Source: Elusimicrobiota bacterium (GTDB lineage Bacteria > CG03 > SLGR01 > JBDRKX01). From it: 38,953 nucleotides of DNA. The stretch lies in contig JBDRKX010000104.1 in assembly GCA_043813605.1 (NCBI GenBank), positions 1 to 38,953 of the forward strand, in the 5' to 3' direction. The translations under genes were made by a program, and so were the position numbers. Below, piece after piece: positions 1-9,145 of this stretch (positions are counted from its first letter, which is position 1; each line of letters starts with the position of its first letter). The notes below the pieces were generated by a model, which did not search any database, was not told the origin of the DNA, and saw only the letters and a program-made list of their open reading frames with translations.

Positions 1-111
1 GGCCTGAAATGACAAGCGGTTTTTATTTTTTACAATATACTTCTCCTCAGGGCTCCTGTTAGAGGAATGCTGTATCCTGATTTAATCTCTATATAAATAG
101 TATTATAATAC

Positions 112-140
112 TTGACTTTTTAATACTTTACGGTTAGAGT
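112..140 (+). promoter_or_regulatory. Candidate sigma70-type promoter for chemosensory operon
   Basis: TTGACT (112-117), 17-nt spacer, TAGAGT (135-140), AT-rich upstream tract; ~75 nt before cheW start. Confidence 0.45.
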
Positions 141-214
141 TTATAGATAAAGAGTGAGTCAGGGCGCATATAGCCTGTGTTTTCTGCCGCGGATAACCGC
201 GAGAGTCAATTATT

Positions 215-751
215 ATGGAGAAAGAGACAAAATCAAGCAAATCTAAAATCGCCAAGATACTGCAGCAGGTACAGGAAAAGTATAATATGGGAGAAACCGG
301 GCATGAAGAGACCAGAGAGATCCTGAGTTTCCTGATCGGAGATGAAATATACGCCATTGATATATTAAATGTGTACGAGATAGTAGTGCCCGGAAAGATA
401 TTCAATGCTCCAACCACACCACCGTATGTAATCGGAGTTATCAACCTCAAGGGAGAAGTACTCCCTGTTATCGATTTAAAACAGTTCCTGGGAATATCCG
501 AGACTCTTATGGGTATTGATTCGAGGATAATTGTGGTGGGAGAAAGAAGTAAACTCGGTTTACTGGTAGAGTCCACGATAGACATAATTTACGTACCTGT
601 TCGTGAAATACAGCCGGCGCTGGCTACAATCGAAAAGATAAAAGCAGATTATTTTGACGGTGAAATACTATTTGATGATAAACTTATTAGTCTGCTTAAC
701 CTGGAAAAGATCATAACTTCCAAGGAGATTATAAAACCCGGTGGAAGTTAA
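215..751 (+). CDS. cheW: CheW chemosensory coupling protein
   Basis: 178 aa; CheW motifs LSFLIGDEIYAIDI, PPYVIGVINLKGEVLPVIDL, LGLLVE, LLNLEKI. Confidence 0.93.
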   Translation: MEKETKSSKSKIAKILQQVQEKYNMGETGHEETREILSFLIGDEIYAIDILNVYEIVVPGKIFNAPTTPPYVIGVINLKGEVLPVIDLKQFLGISETLMGIDSRIIVVGERSKLGLLVESTIDIIYVPVREIQPALATIEKIKADYFDGEILFDDKLISLLNLEKIITSKEIIKPGGS

Positions 752-1202
752 GGAACTGGAGGTACTGATATTTTCGGTTGGCGGACAGAATTTCGGTGTG
801 GATGCCGCAGATGTTATCGAAGTATTAAGGTACAAAGGAACTGATATCTACCCTGAAAAAACAGATTTTTCCGATACGGGGATCGATTTCAGGGATGCCA
901 GGATCCCGATTATCGATATTTCCCGGCGACTTGAGATGGAGCGCGCTTATTCCGACGAGGATAGAAGTATTATCGTGTTTAATATAGAAGACAGCGCACT
1001 AAGTTTTGATGTCGACTCAGTGGTGGAATTCGTGCAGGTAACGGTAGAAGATATTGAATCTATACCGGATTTTATCAAAAACCGTATGAAATTAGATTTT
1101 ATCTGGAGTGTCGGTAAAATCAGGGGGGAACTTGTATTTTTTCTTGATTTAGGAAATGTTCTGAACGAAAAAGATATAAAAAAACTGCCTATTTGGCAGT
1201 AG
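741..1202 (+). CDS. cheW: Second, more divergent CheW-domain protein
   Basis: 153 aa, GTG start overlapping cheW1; [37 protein letters not shown]. Confidence 0.85.
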   Translation: MEVKELEVLIFSVGGQNFGVDAADVIEVLRYKGTDIYPEKTDFSDTGIDFRDARIPIIDISRRLEMERAYSDEDRSIIVFNIEDSALSFDVDSVVEFVQVTVEDIESIPDFIKNRMKLDFIWSVGKIRGELVFFLDLGNVLNEKDIKKLPIWQ

Positions 1203-1236
1203 TAACCGGTTTTTAACGGATAAAAGGAGAAAATAT

Positions 1237-2997
1237 ATGTCCATTAAGATCATTGATAAAACCAAGCTCAAATTTAGATGGGGCCTTCAGTTTAAAGCGA
1301 CCTTATTGATGATGGCAGTCATTATCGCCATAGCGCTGATACTTTCTCTGTATTTCACCAGTAGCCAGAAAGAACTGTCCTATAGCAATCTGAAGACTAA
1401 AGGTGTATCCATTGCGCGTACCCTAGCATACAACTCAGAATACGGTGTCCTTATTTCTAACACGGAATCACTGGAAAAGCTGGTGAAGGGCTTATCGGAA
1501 GATATAGACATGGCTTATATAGTGATACAGGATATTGAGGGGAATCCTATGGCATCGACCGCTACGGGGCTGGAAGAAGAAATAATTTCAGGTGATTTGA
1601 ATGTGAGCGCTCTTCTGGCAGAAAATGAACTCGTCCAGAATTATATATTCGCGTCAGGCAGGAAAATATTTGATATCTCATATCCCATAACAACTTCTGC
1701 AGAAAACACGGAATTTATTATTGACAGTAATCAGGGAAATCCGGAAACGCGTAAAATAATAGGCATGGCAAGGATAGGCATGTCACTTTCCAATGCCAAC
1801 AAGGTCATAAAAGATCTTCGGGGAGTAGCTGTTTTTGTTACACTTGCGGTTATTATTTTCAGCAGTATAATATTGAATTTTCTGATTAAAAGACTGCTTA
1901 TGAAGACAATAAAGGAGCTTGTGCAGGCTGCTCAGGGTATTGGAGAGGGAGATCTGCAGAGAAAGATAGACATAATATCAAGTGACGACGAACTCGGAGA
2001 ACTTTCCCTGGCATTCAAGGAAATGCAGGCTAACCTGGCAGGACTGTCAGAGCAGGCCAAATTGATAGCATCGGGTGACCTGAGGGAAGTATTGGGGTTC
2101 TCGGGCGACCTTGCTGTCTCTTTTAACCTGATGAGCGAAAACCTCAGAATACTGGCACACCAGATAGATGATGCGAGCCAGAAGCTCGATACATATTCCA
2201 ACGATATCCTTTCTTCAGCTGAGGAACAGTCCAGCAGTGCAACAGAATTAGCCAGTTCAACTGCCGAAGTTTCAGCGACGATAGAAGAATTGACCGCGGC
2301 AGCTAAACAGATATCTGATAATGCGGACCTTGTGGCAAAGATGGCGGAAACCAGTCTGAACAGCGTACAGGAGGGCAAAACCGCTGTAGCAAAGGCATAT
2401 ATAGGAACCGAAGCGATAATGACTTCGACCCAGAATAGTGCCAAGAGGATATTTGACCTGGGCGAGAAATCACAGAAGATAAGCGAAGTTATAGAGATAA
2501 TAAGCAATATATCAGAGCAGACAAAACTATTGTCTCTCAATGCGTCGATTGAAGCTGCGAGAGCGGGAGAGGCTGGAAAAGGATTTTCCGTAGTGGCGGG
2601 TGAGATCCGCAGGCTCTCTGAAAGTACGGCGGAATCTGTCAGGGAGGTAAGGGAGATCATCAAGGAGATACAGTCTTCTATCAATGTCTCAGTAATGTCT
2701 TCGGAAAAAATGGAAGATACCGTGAACCAGGGACTGATCCTTTCTCAAAAAGTAGGAGAAGCGCTGGAAGAGATACTGGGAACTGTAGAGAAAACAGTGG
2801 ATTATGCCAAACAGATACGGCATTCGACGCAGCAGCAGAAAACCGCATCTGAACAGGTCTCGGTGACAGTACGTGAAATGGCCAGCGGGTCAAAACAGAC
2901 TGCTGATGTGTCTTATGAAACTGCTGCTACCGCGAGGAAAGTGACAGAATTATCAGCTGAGCTTAAAGATGCTATATCCAAACTCACATATAAATAA
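1237..2997 (+). CDS. Methyl-accepting chemotaxis protein (2 TM, periplasmic sensor, HAMP, signalling domain)
   Basis: 586 aa; AAGGAG RBS; two hydrophobic TM segments; HAMP ([11 protein letters not shown]); hairpin [29 protein letters not shown]. Confidence 0.95.
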   Translation: MSIKIIDKTKLKFRWGLQFKATLLMMAVIIAIALILSLYFTSSQKELSYSNLKTKGVSIARTLAYNSEYGVLISNTESLEKLVKGLSEDIDMAYIVIQDIEGNPMASTATGLEEEIISGDLNVSALLAENELVQNYIFASGRKIFDISYPITTSAENTEFIIDSNQGNPETRKIIGMARIGMSLSNANKVIKDLRGVAVFVTLAVIIFSSIILNFLIKRLLMKTIKELVQAAQGIGEGDLQRKIDIISSDDELGELSLAFKEMQANLAGLSEQAKLIASGDLREVLGFSGDLAVSFNLMSENLRILAHQIDDASQKLDTYSNDILSSAEEQSSSATELASSTAEVSATIEELTAAAKQISDNADLVAKMAETSLNSVQEGKTAVAKAYIGTEAIMTSTQNSAKRIFDLGEKSQKISEVIEIISNISEQTKLLSLNASIEAARAGEAGKGFSVVAGEIRRLSESTAESVREVREIIKEIQSSINVSVMSSEKMEDTVNQGLILSQKVGEALEEILGTVEKTVDYAKQIRHSTQQQKTASEQVSVTVREMASGSKQTADVSYETAATARKVTELSAELKDAISKLTYK

Positions 2998-5318
2998 TGG
3001 ACATAGAAAAATTATTAAACAATAAGAAACTTTTAGCCATATTCAAAGATGAGACAAACGAACATGTACTCAATATATCCAATTTTCTGATCGAACTTGA
3101 GCAGGAACCGGGCAAAACGGAACTGCTTGAAAGCATATACCGTGAAGCCCATACATTGAAAGGTTCATCCAAGATGATGGGATTTATGCAAATAGGTACC
3201 GTAGCCCATAAAATGGAGGATCTGCTGCAGGTTCTGAAAGACGGTAAGGTCGAGTTTTCAGATTCTTTCAAAGAAGTGATTTATAATAGTCTTGAGACAG
3301 TCAGACTATTGATGGAAGAATATATCACCGGTAAAGAAAAAAAAATATCTATAGAAGAGATATGTGCCAAGCTGGAAGCAGCGAAAACACCGGGTCAACC
3401 CGCGGAAGCGGCCGAGATACCTAAAAAAAAACAGAAACTTCCGGATAAACACAAAAAGGGGGGGATCCCTTCAAAGAAAAAATCTGCGGAAGAAAGTGAT
3501 TCCTCAGATAAAGAAAAAAGAAAAGCTATTGACAGGAGGAAAGGTTACGCTATACCTGAACCCGGGGATACTGTAAGAGTTGATATACTCAGGCTGGATG
3601 AACTTATAAACCTTGCGGGTGAGATAGAGACCAACAGGATCAAATTTGAAGAAAGAGAAAAAGATCTGCTCATATTAAGCGAGATTATCAGAAAGAATTT
3701 CGAAATATGGGATTCCATAAAGGAAGAAATGGAGATTTTGCGCCGCCGTAATACCTTTAGCGAGGAATTTGACGGCGAACTGGCTAGTTTTGAATTATGG
3801 AACAGGCAGGCAAGTGTCACGGCGGCAGATTTTGCGACGAATTTTGGTGACGATATAGCCCGGATATCCATTTACCTGCGTGAACTTTACGCAATGTCGA
3901 TGGATATGAGGATGTTGCCTATTTCTGTTATATTCGATCTCTTCCCGTATACTATACAGCAGATAGCCGGGGATTACGGCAAAAAAGTCAAACTGCAGGT
4001 ATTCGGTGAGTCAACAAAACTTGATAAGAAGATCATTGACGGAATCAGGGATCCGCTGCTTCATATTATCAATAATTCAGTGGCTCATGGAATAGAATCT
4101 GTCGATATCAGGATAGAACAGGGTAAAACCGGCGAGGGGAATATAAAGATGGACGCTTTTCAGGAAGGGGATTCGGTGATAATCGAAATAAGTGATGACG
4201 GCAGCGGATTTGATATTGATAAAATAAAAGCAGAAGCAATAGAACGGGGCCTTTTAAGTGATAAAGCGGCAAAACACCTTGATGAGGATGATATAGTATC
4301 ATTCGTCTTTGAATCGGGATTCAGTACTGCTTCCGAAGTGAGCGAATTATCAGGAAGAGGTGTGGGTATGGGCGTGGTCAAAGCCAAGGTAGAAGATATA
4401 GGAGGAAATGTCAGGATCAGATCTGTATCAGGAGAGGGGGCGACTGTCAGGCTTCAGCTTCCGATAACATTAACCACAGGCAATGTCCTTTTAGTGGGTA
4501 TGGGTAATCAGACATTTGCCATCCCGGCCACCGGTATTGATACTACTGTCAGGGTAGATCCTAAAGAGATCAAAGTAGTTAAAAATAAAAAAGCAGTAGT
4601 GATAAATGAAAAGATACTGCCTCTGGTCGATCTGGCAGATATACTCGACATGAAAGTAAAGAGCCGCGAAGATAATAAACTCTCTATAGTAGTCATGAAA
4701 TACGGTCAGCAGAGAATGGCGTTAAGTGTCGGAAGGTTTATTGGCAGCAGGGAGATCGTAATAAAGAATCTCGGAGATTATCTGTCAAGGATAAAATGCA
4801 TATCAGGAGCTACTATAATGCCTAACGGGGACGTGGTTTTTATACTGCATATTCCTTTTATGTTCAGTTCTGTCGAAACAAGTTTGGGAACACTGGGTAT
4901 ATTCAAAAAAAGCGATGACATGGAAATAAAAAGCGGTGGAAGAAAATATTCGGTATTGGTTGTTGATGATGCAGTAACGACCAGGGAGCTTGAAAGACAG
5001 ATACTTGAAGCAGGTGGCTATGATGCTGAAGTCGCCTCAGACGGACTGGAAGCCCTGGACAAGATCAAGACCGGTAAATATGACCTGGTTATCACCGATA
5101 TACAGATGCCGGAAATGGACGGGCTGCAGCTTGTAAGAGAACTGAGGCAGAGCGAGCAGTACGGAGAACTGCCTATAATTATTGTTACCGGGTTGGGTGC
5201 GGAAGAGGATGTCCGAAAAGGCATGGAGGCCGGAGCTACTGCATATTTTGTTAAAAGTGATTTTGATCAGGTTAAACTGGTCGAAACTGTAAAAAGATTA
5301 ATAGAAAGAAAGATTTGA
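2997..5318 (+). CDS. cheA: Hybrid CheA-receiver kinase (HPt, dimerisation, HATPase, CheW, C-terminal REC)
   Basis: 773 aa; YREAHTLKG phospho-His, PLLHIINNSVAHG N-box, DDGSG, GFST, SGRGVGM; C-terminal REC VLVVDD...ITDIQMP...FVKS; no P2 domain apparent. Confidence 0.95.
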   Translation: MDIEKLLNNKKLLAIFKDETNEHVLNISNFLIELEQEPGKTELLESIYREAHTLKGSSKMMGFMQIGTVAHKMEDLLQVLKDGKVEFSDSFKEVIYNSLETVRLLMEEYITGKEKKISIEEICAKLEAAKTPGQPAEAAEIPKKKQKLPDKHKKGGIPSKKKSAEESDSSDKEKRKAIDRRKGYAIPEPGDTVRVDILRLDELINLAGEIETNRIKFEEREKDLLILSEIIRKNFEIWDSIKEEMEILRRRNTFSEEFDGELASFELWNRQASVTAADFATNFGDDIARISIYLRELYAMSMDMRMLPISVIFDLFPYTIQQIAGDYGKKVKLQVFGESTKLDKKIIDGIRDPLLHIINNSVAHGIESVDIRIEQGKTGEGNIKMDAFQEGDSVIIEISDDGSGFDIDKIKAEAIERGLLSDKAAKHLDEDDIVSFVFESGFSTASEVSELSGRGVGMGVVKAKVEDIGGNVRIRSVSGEGATVRLQLPITLTTGNVLLVGMGNQTFAIPATGIDTTVRVDPKEIKVVKNKKAVVINEKILPLVDLADILDMKVKSREDNKLSIVVMKYGQQRMALSVGRFIGSREIVIKNLGDYLSRIKCISGATIMPNGDVVFILHIPFMFSSVETSLGTLGIFKKSDDMEIKSGGRKYSVLVVDDAVTTRELERQILEAGGYDAEVASDGLEALDKIKTGKYDLVITDIQMPEMDGLQLVRELRQSEQYGELPIIIVTGLGAEEDVRKGMEAGATAYFVKSDFDQVKLVETVKRLIERKI

Positions 5319-5375
5319 CGGAATGTAAGCGGAAGTTAGAATCCGCAAAGTATATTGTAAGCAAGGGAAAAAGAT

Positions 5376-6434
5376 ATGAGTAACAATAGCAATGAACCGC
5401 TCAGGGTATTGGTTGTAGATGATTCGATTACGGCAAGGGAGATAATCTCAAGTATACTTGAAAGTGATCCTATGGTGAAAGTCGTAGGTGAGGCCAGGAA
5501 CGGCCGCGAAGCAATAGAATTAACCAGGCGCCTGAAGCCGGATCTCATAACAATGGATATTAAAATGCCTGTGATGGACGGAATTGAAGCGACAAAATAT
5601 ATTATGGCATATATACCAACGCCTATTGTAATCATCTCCCAGTCAGCTTTCAATGAAGGAAACGCGTATGTGTTCCAGGCGCTGGAGCATGGAGCGCTTG
5701 AAATACTGGAAAAACCCGATCCGAATGAATGGAAAGATATCCCTAAAATCGGTGAAAAATTGATCAAGGATATAAAAACTCTGTCAAAGGTTCCCGTAAT
5801 AACCCATATAGGAGGCAAAAAACTCCTCAAAAAAAGAAAAACCTCAAAGAGCGATACGCCGGAGGCCCCCCCCTTAAAGGTAGTTGCAGTAGCCTCGTCG
5901 ACCGGCGGGCCGACGGCTCTCTTGAGTATGTTGAGTAAGATCCCCCTGGAGACGCGTTCATCAATACTGATAGTCCAGCATATTGCAGAAGGTTTTGTAG
6001 AAGGTTTGAGCGAGTGGCTCGATAGTAAGTGTAAGATCAAAGTAAAGCTCGCTCAAAATGGAGAGAAGATAGAGCAGGGAACGGCTTATATAGCACCCTG
6101 CAGTATACACATGGTAGTTACAAAAGATAATACTATTTCATTTACGGATGATCCTCCGGTAAACAGCCTGAAACCGGCGGCAGATCTTCTTTTTTATTCT
6201 GTGGCAGAACAATATGGCGAATATTCCATAGGCGTGGTACTCACGGGCATGGGAAAAGACGGAGCAGAAGGTTCGGCTGAGATAAAAAGAGCCGGCGGCA
6301 GCGTATTAGTCCAGGATGAGAGTTCATGTCTTGTTTATGGAATGCCCAAAGCGACTGTGGAAATGGGTGTGGTTGATATGATCAGTCCTTTGAGCTCAAT
6401 AGGGGACAATCTGATGAAACTCATCGAATTATGA
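5376..6434 (+). CDS. cheB: CheB methylesterase with N-terminal receiver
   Basis: 352 aa; REC VLVVDDS/ITMDIKMP; catalytic motifs ASSTGG, VQHI, LTGMGKDGA. Confidence 0.95.
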   Translation: MSNNSNEPLRVLVVDDSITAREIISSILESDPMVKVVGEARNGREAIELTRRLKPDLITMDIKMPVMDGIEATKYIMAYIPTPIVIISQSAFNEGNAYVFQALEHGALEILEKPDPNEWKDIPKIGEKLIKDIKTLSKVPVITHIGGKKLLKKRKTSKSDTPEAPPLKVVAVASSTGGPTALLSMLSKIPLETRSSILIVQHIAEGFVEGLSEWLDSKCKIKVKLAQNGEKIEQGTAYIAPCSIHMVVTKDNTISFTDDPPVNSLKPAADLLFYSVAEQYGEYSIGVVLTGMGKDGAEGSAEIKRAGGSVLVQDESSCLVYGMPKATVEMGVVDMISPLSSIGDNLMKLIEL

Positions 6435-7189
6435 CAAAACCCGATATACTGCTCGCAGTTGACAGAGAATTACGGTCCATACTTGAAAAATACCTGGTAA
6501 AGTTCAATTTCAGGCTTTCAGATCTAGAGACAATAGAACCAGATAATCCTGACCTGGTTGTCTTTACAGAAGAATATGCTGCAGAGATTAAAAAATTCAT
6601 ATCAGGCCGGACTGCCTTTATAATGATCATAGGAACCGCTGAAGAAGAAATGCCTATAGAAGGGGTAAACAATCTGAACTATCTGAGAAAGCCTTTTACA
6701 TGGATAGAATTTTCCGAATTGGTCAGGAAAAACATAGTTGGTTACGAATGGGATAAGGAAGACTTTCAGACACCCGAATCAGGGAGGTCGAATTATAAAG
6801 AAAAATCAAAGAGACTTAAAAAAATAATACTGATAGCAGATGACGATATTGAAGCAAGATGCCTGGCAAACGTATTGCTGAAAAAGAAGTATGACATAGT
6901 AGAAGCAGAGGACGGAAAAATGCTGGTAAAACAGGCCCCCATGATCAATCCTGATCTGATAATCTCAGATATAGTCATGCCCGGTTTGAGCGGATGGCGG
7001 GCAGTTAAGAAGATAAGAGAGAATCCTCTGCTGCAGGATGTCCCGGTAATATTCTATTCCTCCCTGTTAAAAGATTATGAATTATATCATATCCTCAAAC
7101 CCGGCGGCCCGTCTGATTTTATATATAAACCTTATACATCAAAAGACATGCTTGAAAAAGTATCCAAAATGCTCAAAGAGAACGGGTAG
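6431..7189 (+). CDS. Response regulator with degenerate N-terminal receiver and intact C-terminal receiver, no output domain
   Basis: 252 aa; N-half PDLVVFT...YLRKPF; C-half ILIADDD, PDLIISDIVMP, FIYKPY. Confidence 0.8.
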   Translation: MTKPDILLAVDRELRSILEKYLVKFNFRLSDLETIEPDNPDLVVFTEEYAAEIKKFISGRTAFIMIIGTAEEEMPIEGVNNLNYLRKPFTWIEFSELVRKNIVGYEWDKEDFQTPESGRSNYKEKSKRLKKIILIADDDIEARCLANVLLKKKYDIVEAEDGKMLVKQAPMINPDLIISDIVMPGLSGWRAVKKIRENPLLQDVPVIFYSSLLKDYELYHILKPGGPSDFIYKPYTSKDMLEKVSKMLKENG

Positions 7190-7195
7190 CCGGAT

Positions 7196-8629
7196 ATGGA
7201 ACTTACCGAATCCGAGTTTAAGCTTTTCCAGGAATTCATAAGCAAGAACAGCGGGCTCAACTTCGACGAAAGTACAAAACTGTCTCTTAAAATAAGCCTT
7301 CTTGCAAGAATAAGGCATAAGGGTTTTGAGGATTACAGCCAGTATTACAAATATATCAGGTTTCATCCTAATGGCGCCACGGAATTCAGAGATCTCTTAA
7401 CGCTTCTGACCATTAATGAAACCTCTTTTTTTAGAAACCCGGAACAGTTCAGGGGTCTTAAGAAGTTCATAATACCGGAAATACTGAAAGACAATCAAGA
7501 GAAGAATATAAAGATATGGAGTGCGGGTTGTGCGACTGGAGAAGAACCGTATTCAATTGCGATCTGTCTTCTTGAAATTCTGCATGATACGAAATCGTGG
7601 AATATTGAAATACTGGGTACTGATATAGATAAACAGGCTCTATCCGGGGCGAAGGAAGGGATATACAAGCAGCGCTCTCTCAGGTTGACCAATAAAAAAT
7701 ATATAGAAAAATATTTCAAGGAGGATAACGGCCGGTTCAGACTGAATGACAATATTAAGGATATGGTCAGTTTTGATTATTCGAATCTGTCCAATACTGC
7801 AATGTACCCGTCGCCGCTGACCGGCCGCTGGGATATCATATTCTGCAGGAATGTGCTCATCTACTTCAAAAAAGAACTGGTAGAGCAGATAATAGCCAAG
7901 TTTTACCGGGAGATCCGTGACAGCGGATATTTTCTGGTAGGATATTCCGAGATGCTGACGGCATATAAGCAGGATTTCAAGGCTGTAAAGTACGGTGATC
8001 TTTTTATTTACAAAAAAGAAGTTAAACCTGAAGAACCTTTAGTACCGGATAAAGATATTACCAAAGAAAAGCCCGATTATATCTATGAGATCCAGCAGGA
8101 GGCTATGGCCGAGCGGCGGTCTCCGGATTCTTCATATAATAAGGCGCTGGAGCTGTTTATCAAGGAAGATTTTGACGGGGCATTAAAAGAGGTAAAAGAA
8201 GCTATTGAGAACTATCCGCTGAATTCAGATGCTCACATACTGACTGCCAGAATATATTTTGAAAGGGGTGTTTATGATGAAGCGGAGAAAGCTGCCAAAA
8301 AGGCAATTTATCTCGATGCCGACCTGGCACCCGCGCATTATCTGTTGGGAATATTATATGAAAAGCTGGGATTCAGGGAAAAAGCTGTTGCTGAACTTGA
8401 ACTGGCGATAAAACTCAGTCCTTATTTCCCAATGGCTTTTTTTCACCTGGGTAATCTTCTGTTCAGCGGAAATAAGCACGGCGCACTGGAAGCGTATAGG
8501 AACGCCATAATAGCATGTTCCAATCTTTCAAGTGATGATTACCTCGAGTTCGCAGGAGGATTCAATTGCGGGCTTCTTACTGCTCTCTGCAGGACCAAGA
8601 TACAGGAGATAGAGAGACAGTCACTTTAA
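7196..8629 (+). CDS. cheR: CheR methyltransferase with C-terminal TPR repeats
   Basis: 477 aa; INETSFFR, IWSAGCATGEEPYS, GTDID, IFCRNVLIYF; TPR-like helices (AHYLLGILYEKLG, AFFHLGNL). Confidence 0.95.
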   Translation: MELTESEFKLFQEFISKNSGLNFDESTKLSLKISLLARIRHKGFEDYSQYYKYIRFHPNGATEFRDLLTLLTINETSFFRNPEQFRGLKKFIIPEILKDNQEKNIKIWSAGCATGEEPYSIAICLLEILHDTKSWNIEILGTDIDKQALSGAKEGIYKQRSLRLTNKKYIEKYFKEDNGRFRLNDNIKDMVSFDYSNLSNTAMYPSPLTGRWDIIFCRNVLIYFKKELVEQIIAKFYREIRDSGYFLVGYSEMLTAYKQDFKAVKYGDLFIYKKEVKPEEPLVPDKDITKEKPDYIYEIQQEAMAERRSPDSSYNKALELFIKEDFDGALKEVKEAIENYPLNSDAHILTARIYFERGVYDEAEKAAKKAIYLDADLAPAHYLLGILYEKLGFREKAVAELELAIKLSPYFPMAFFHLGNLLFSGNKHGALEAYRNAIIACSNLSSDDYLEFAGGFNCGLLTALCRTKIQEIERQSL

Positions 8630-8630
8630 T

Positions 8631-9038
8631 TAAAGTTTTAAGGTATAAGTCTTTACTAAAGTTTTAAGTCTTAAGTTGTAAGTCTTTACTAAAGTTTTAA
8701 GTTATAAGTCTTAAGTTGTAAGTTTTAAGCTTTTTTTGTTCTGTTTTTTTCTTACAACTTATTTCTTACAACTTATTTCTTACAACTTATATCTTACAAC
8801 TTATAACTGCATTTATACCTGTATTGTCCCGGTAATTAAGTATTGTGTCACTATAGTTAAAATCAAGTTTTAAGTTATAAGCCTTAAGTTATAAGCCTTA
8901 AGTTATAAGCTTTAAGTTTTAAGCTTTTTTTGTTCTATTTTTTCTTACAGCTTATTACTTACAGCTTACAGCTATTTTATAACTTATAACTCCATTTATA
9001 CCTGTATTGTCCCGGTAATTAAGTATTGTGTCACTATA
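8631..9038. repeat. Two tandem copies of a composite element: heptamer array + T-rich core + inverted heptamer array + identical 46-bp tail
   Basis: AAGYYWT x9 at 8865-8927; CTTA(C/T)WW x8 at 8751-8806; CATTTATACCTGTATTGTCCCGGTAATTAAGTATTGTGTCACTATA identical at 8810-8855 and 8993-9038. Confidence 0.92.
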
Positions 9039-9069
9039 ATTACGCGCAATAGCAATAATATTCAATAAT

Positions 9070-9110
9070 AAAAAAAAGCGGGTTTCCGTTGAAAAACGAA
9101 AACCCGCTTT
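9070..9110 (-). terminator. Intrinsic terminator of the TonB-dependent receptor gene (possibly bidirectional)
   Basis: Stem AAAGCGGGTTT(C)CGTT / AACG(A)AAACCCGCTTT, GAAA loop; A-run 9070-9077 gives U-tract on minus strand. Confidence 0.85.
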
Positions 9111-9145
9111 GAGGGCAGTTTACCCTGTAAAAAATGCCCTATGAA

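Noticed and set aside
141..214. c-di-GMP riboswitch in the cheW leader
   Set aside because: Two small hairpins only; no GEMM GNRA/receptor pattern recognisable
3500..3545. c-di-GMP-binding RxxxR-like motif in the CheA linker (KRKAIDRRK)
   Set aside because: Lies in a Lys/Arg-rich low-complexity linker; chance match likely
8631..9038. CRISPR array
   Set aside because: Only two 46-bp repeats 183 bp apart, separated by low-complexity heptamers rather than unique spacers; no cas genes
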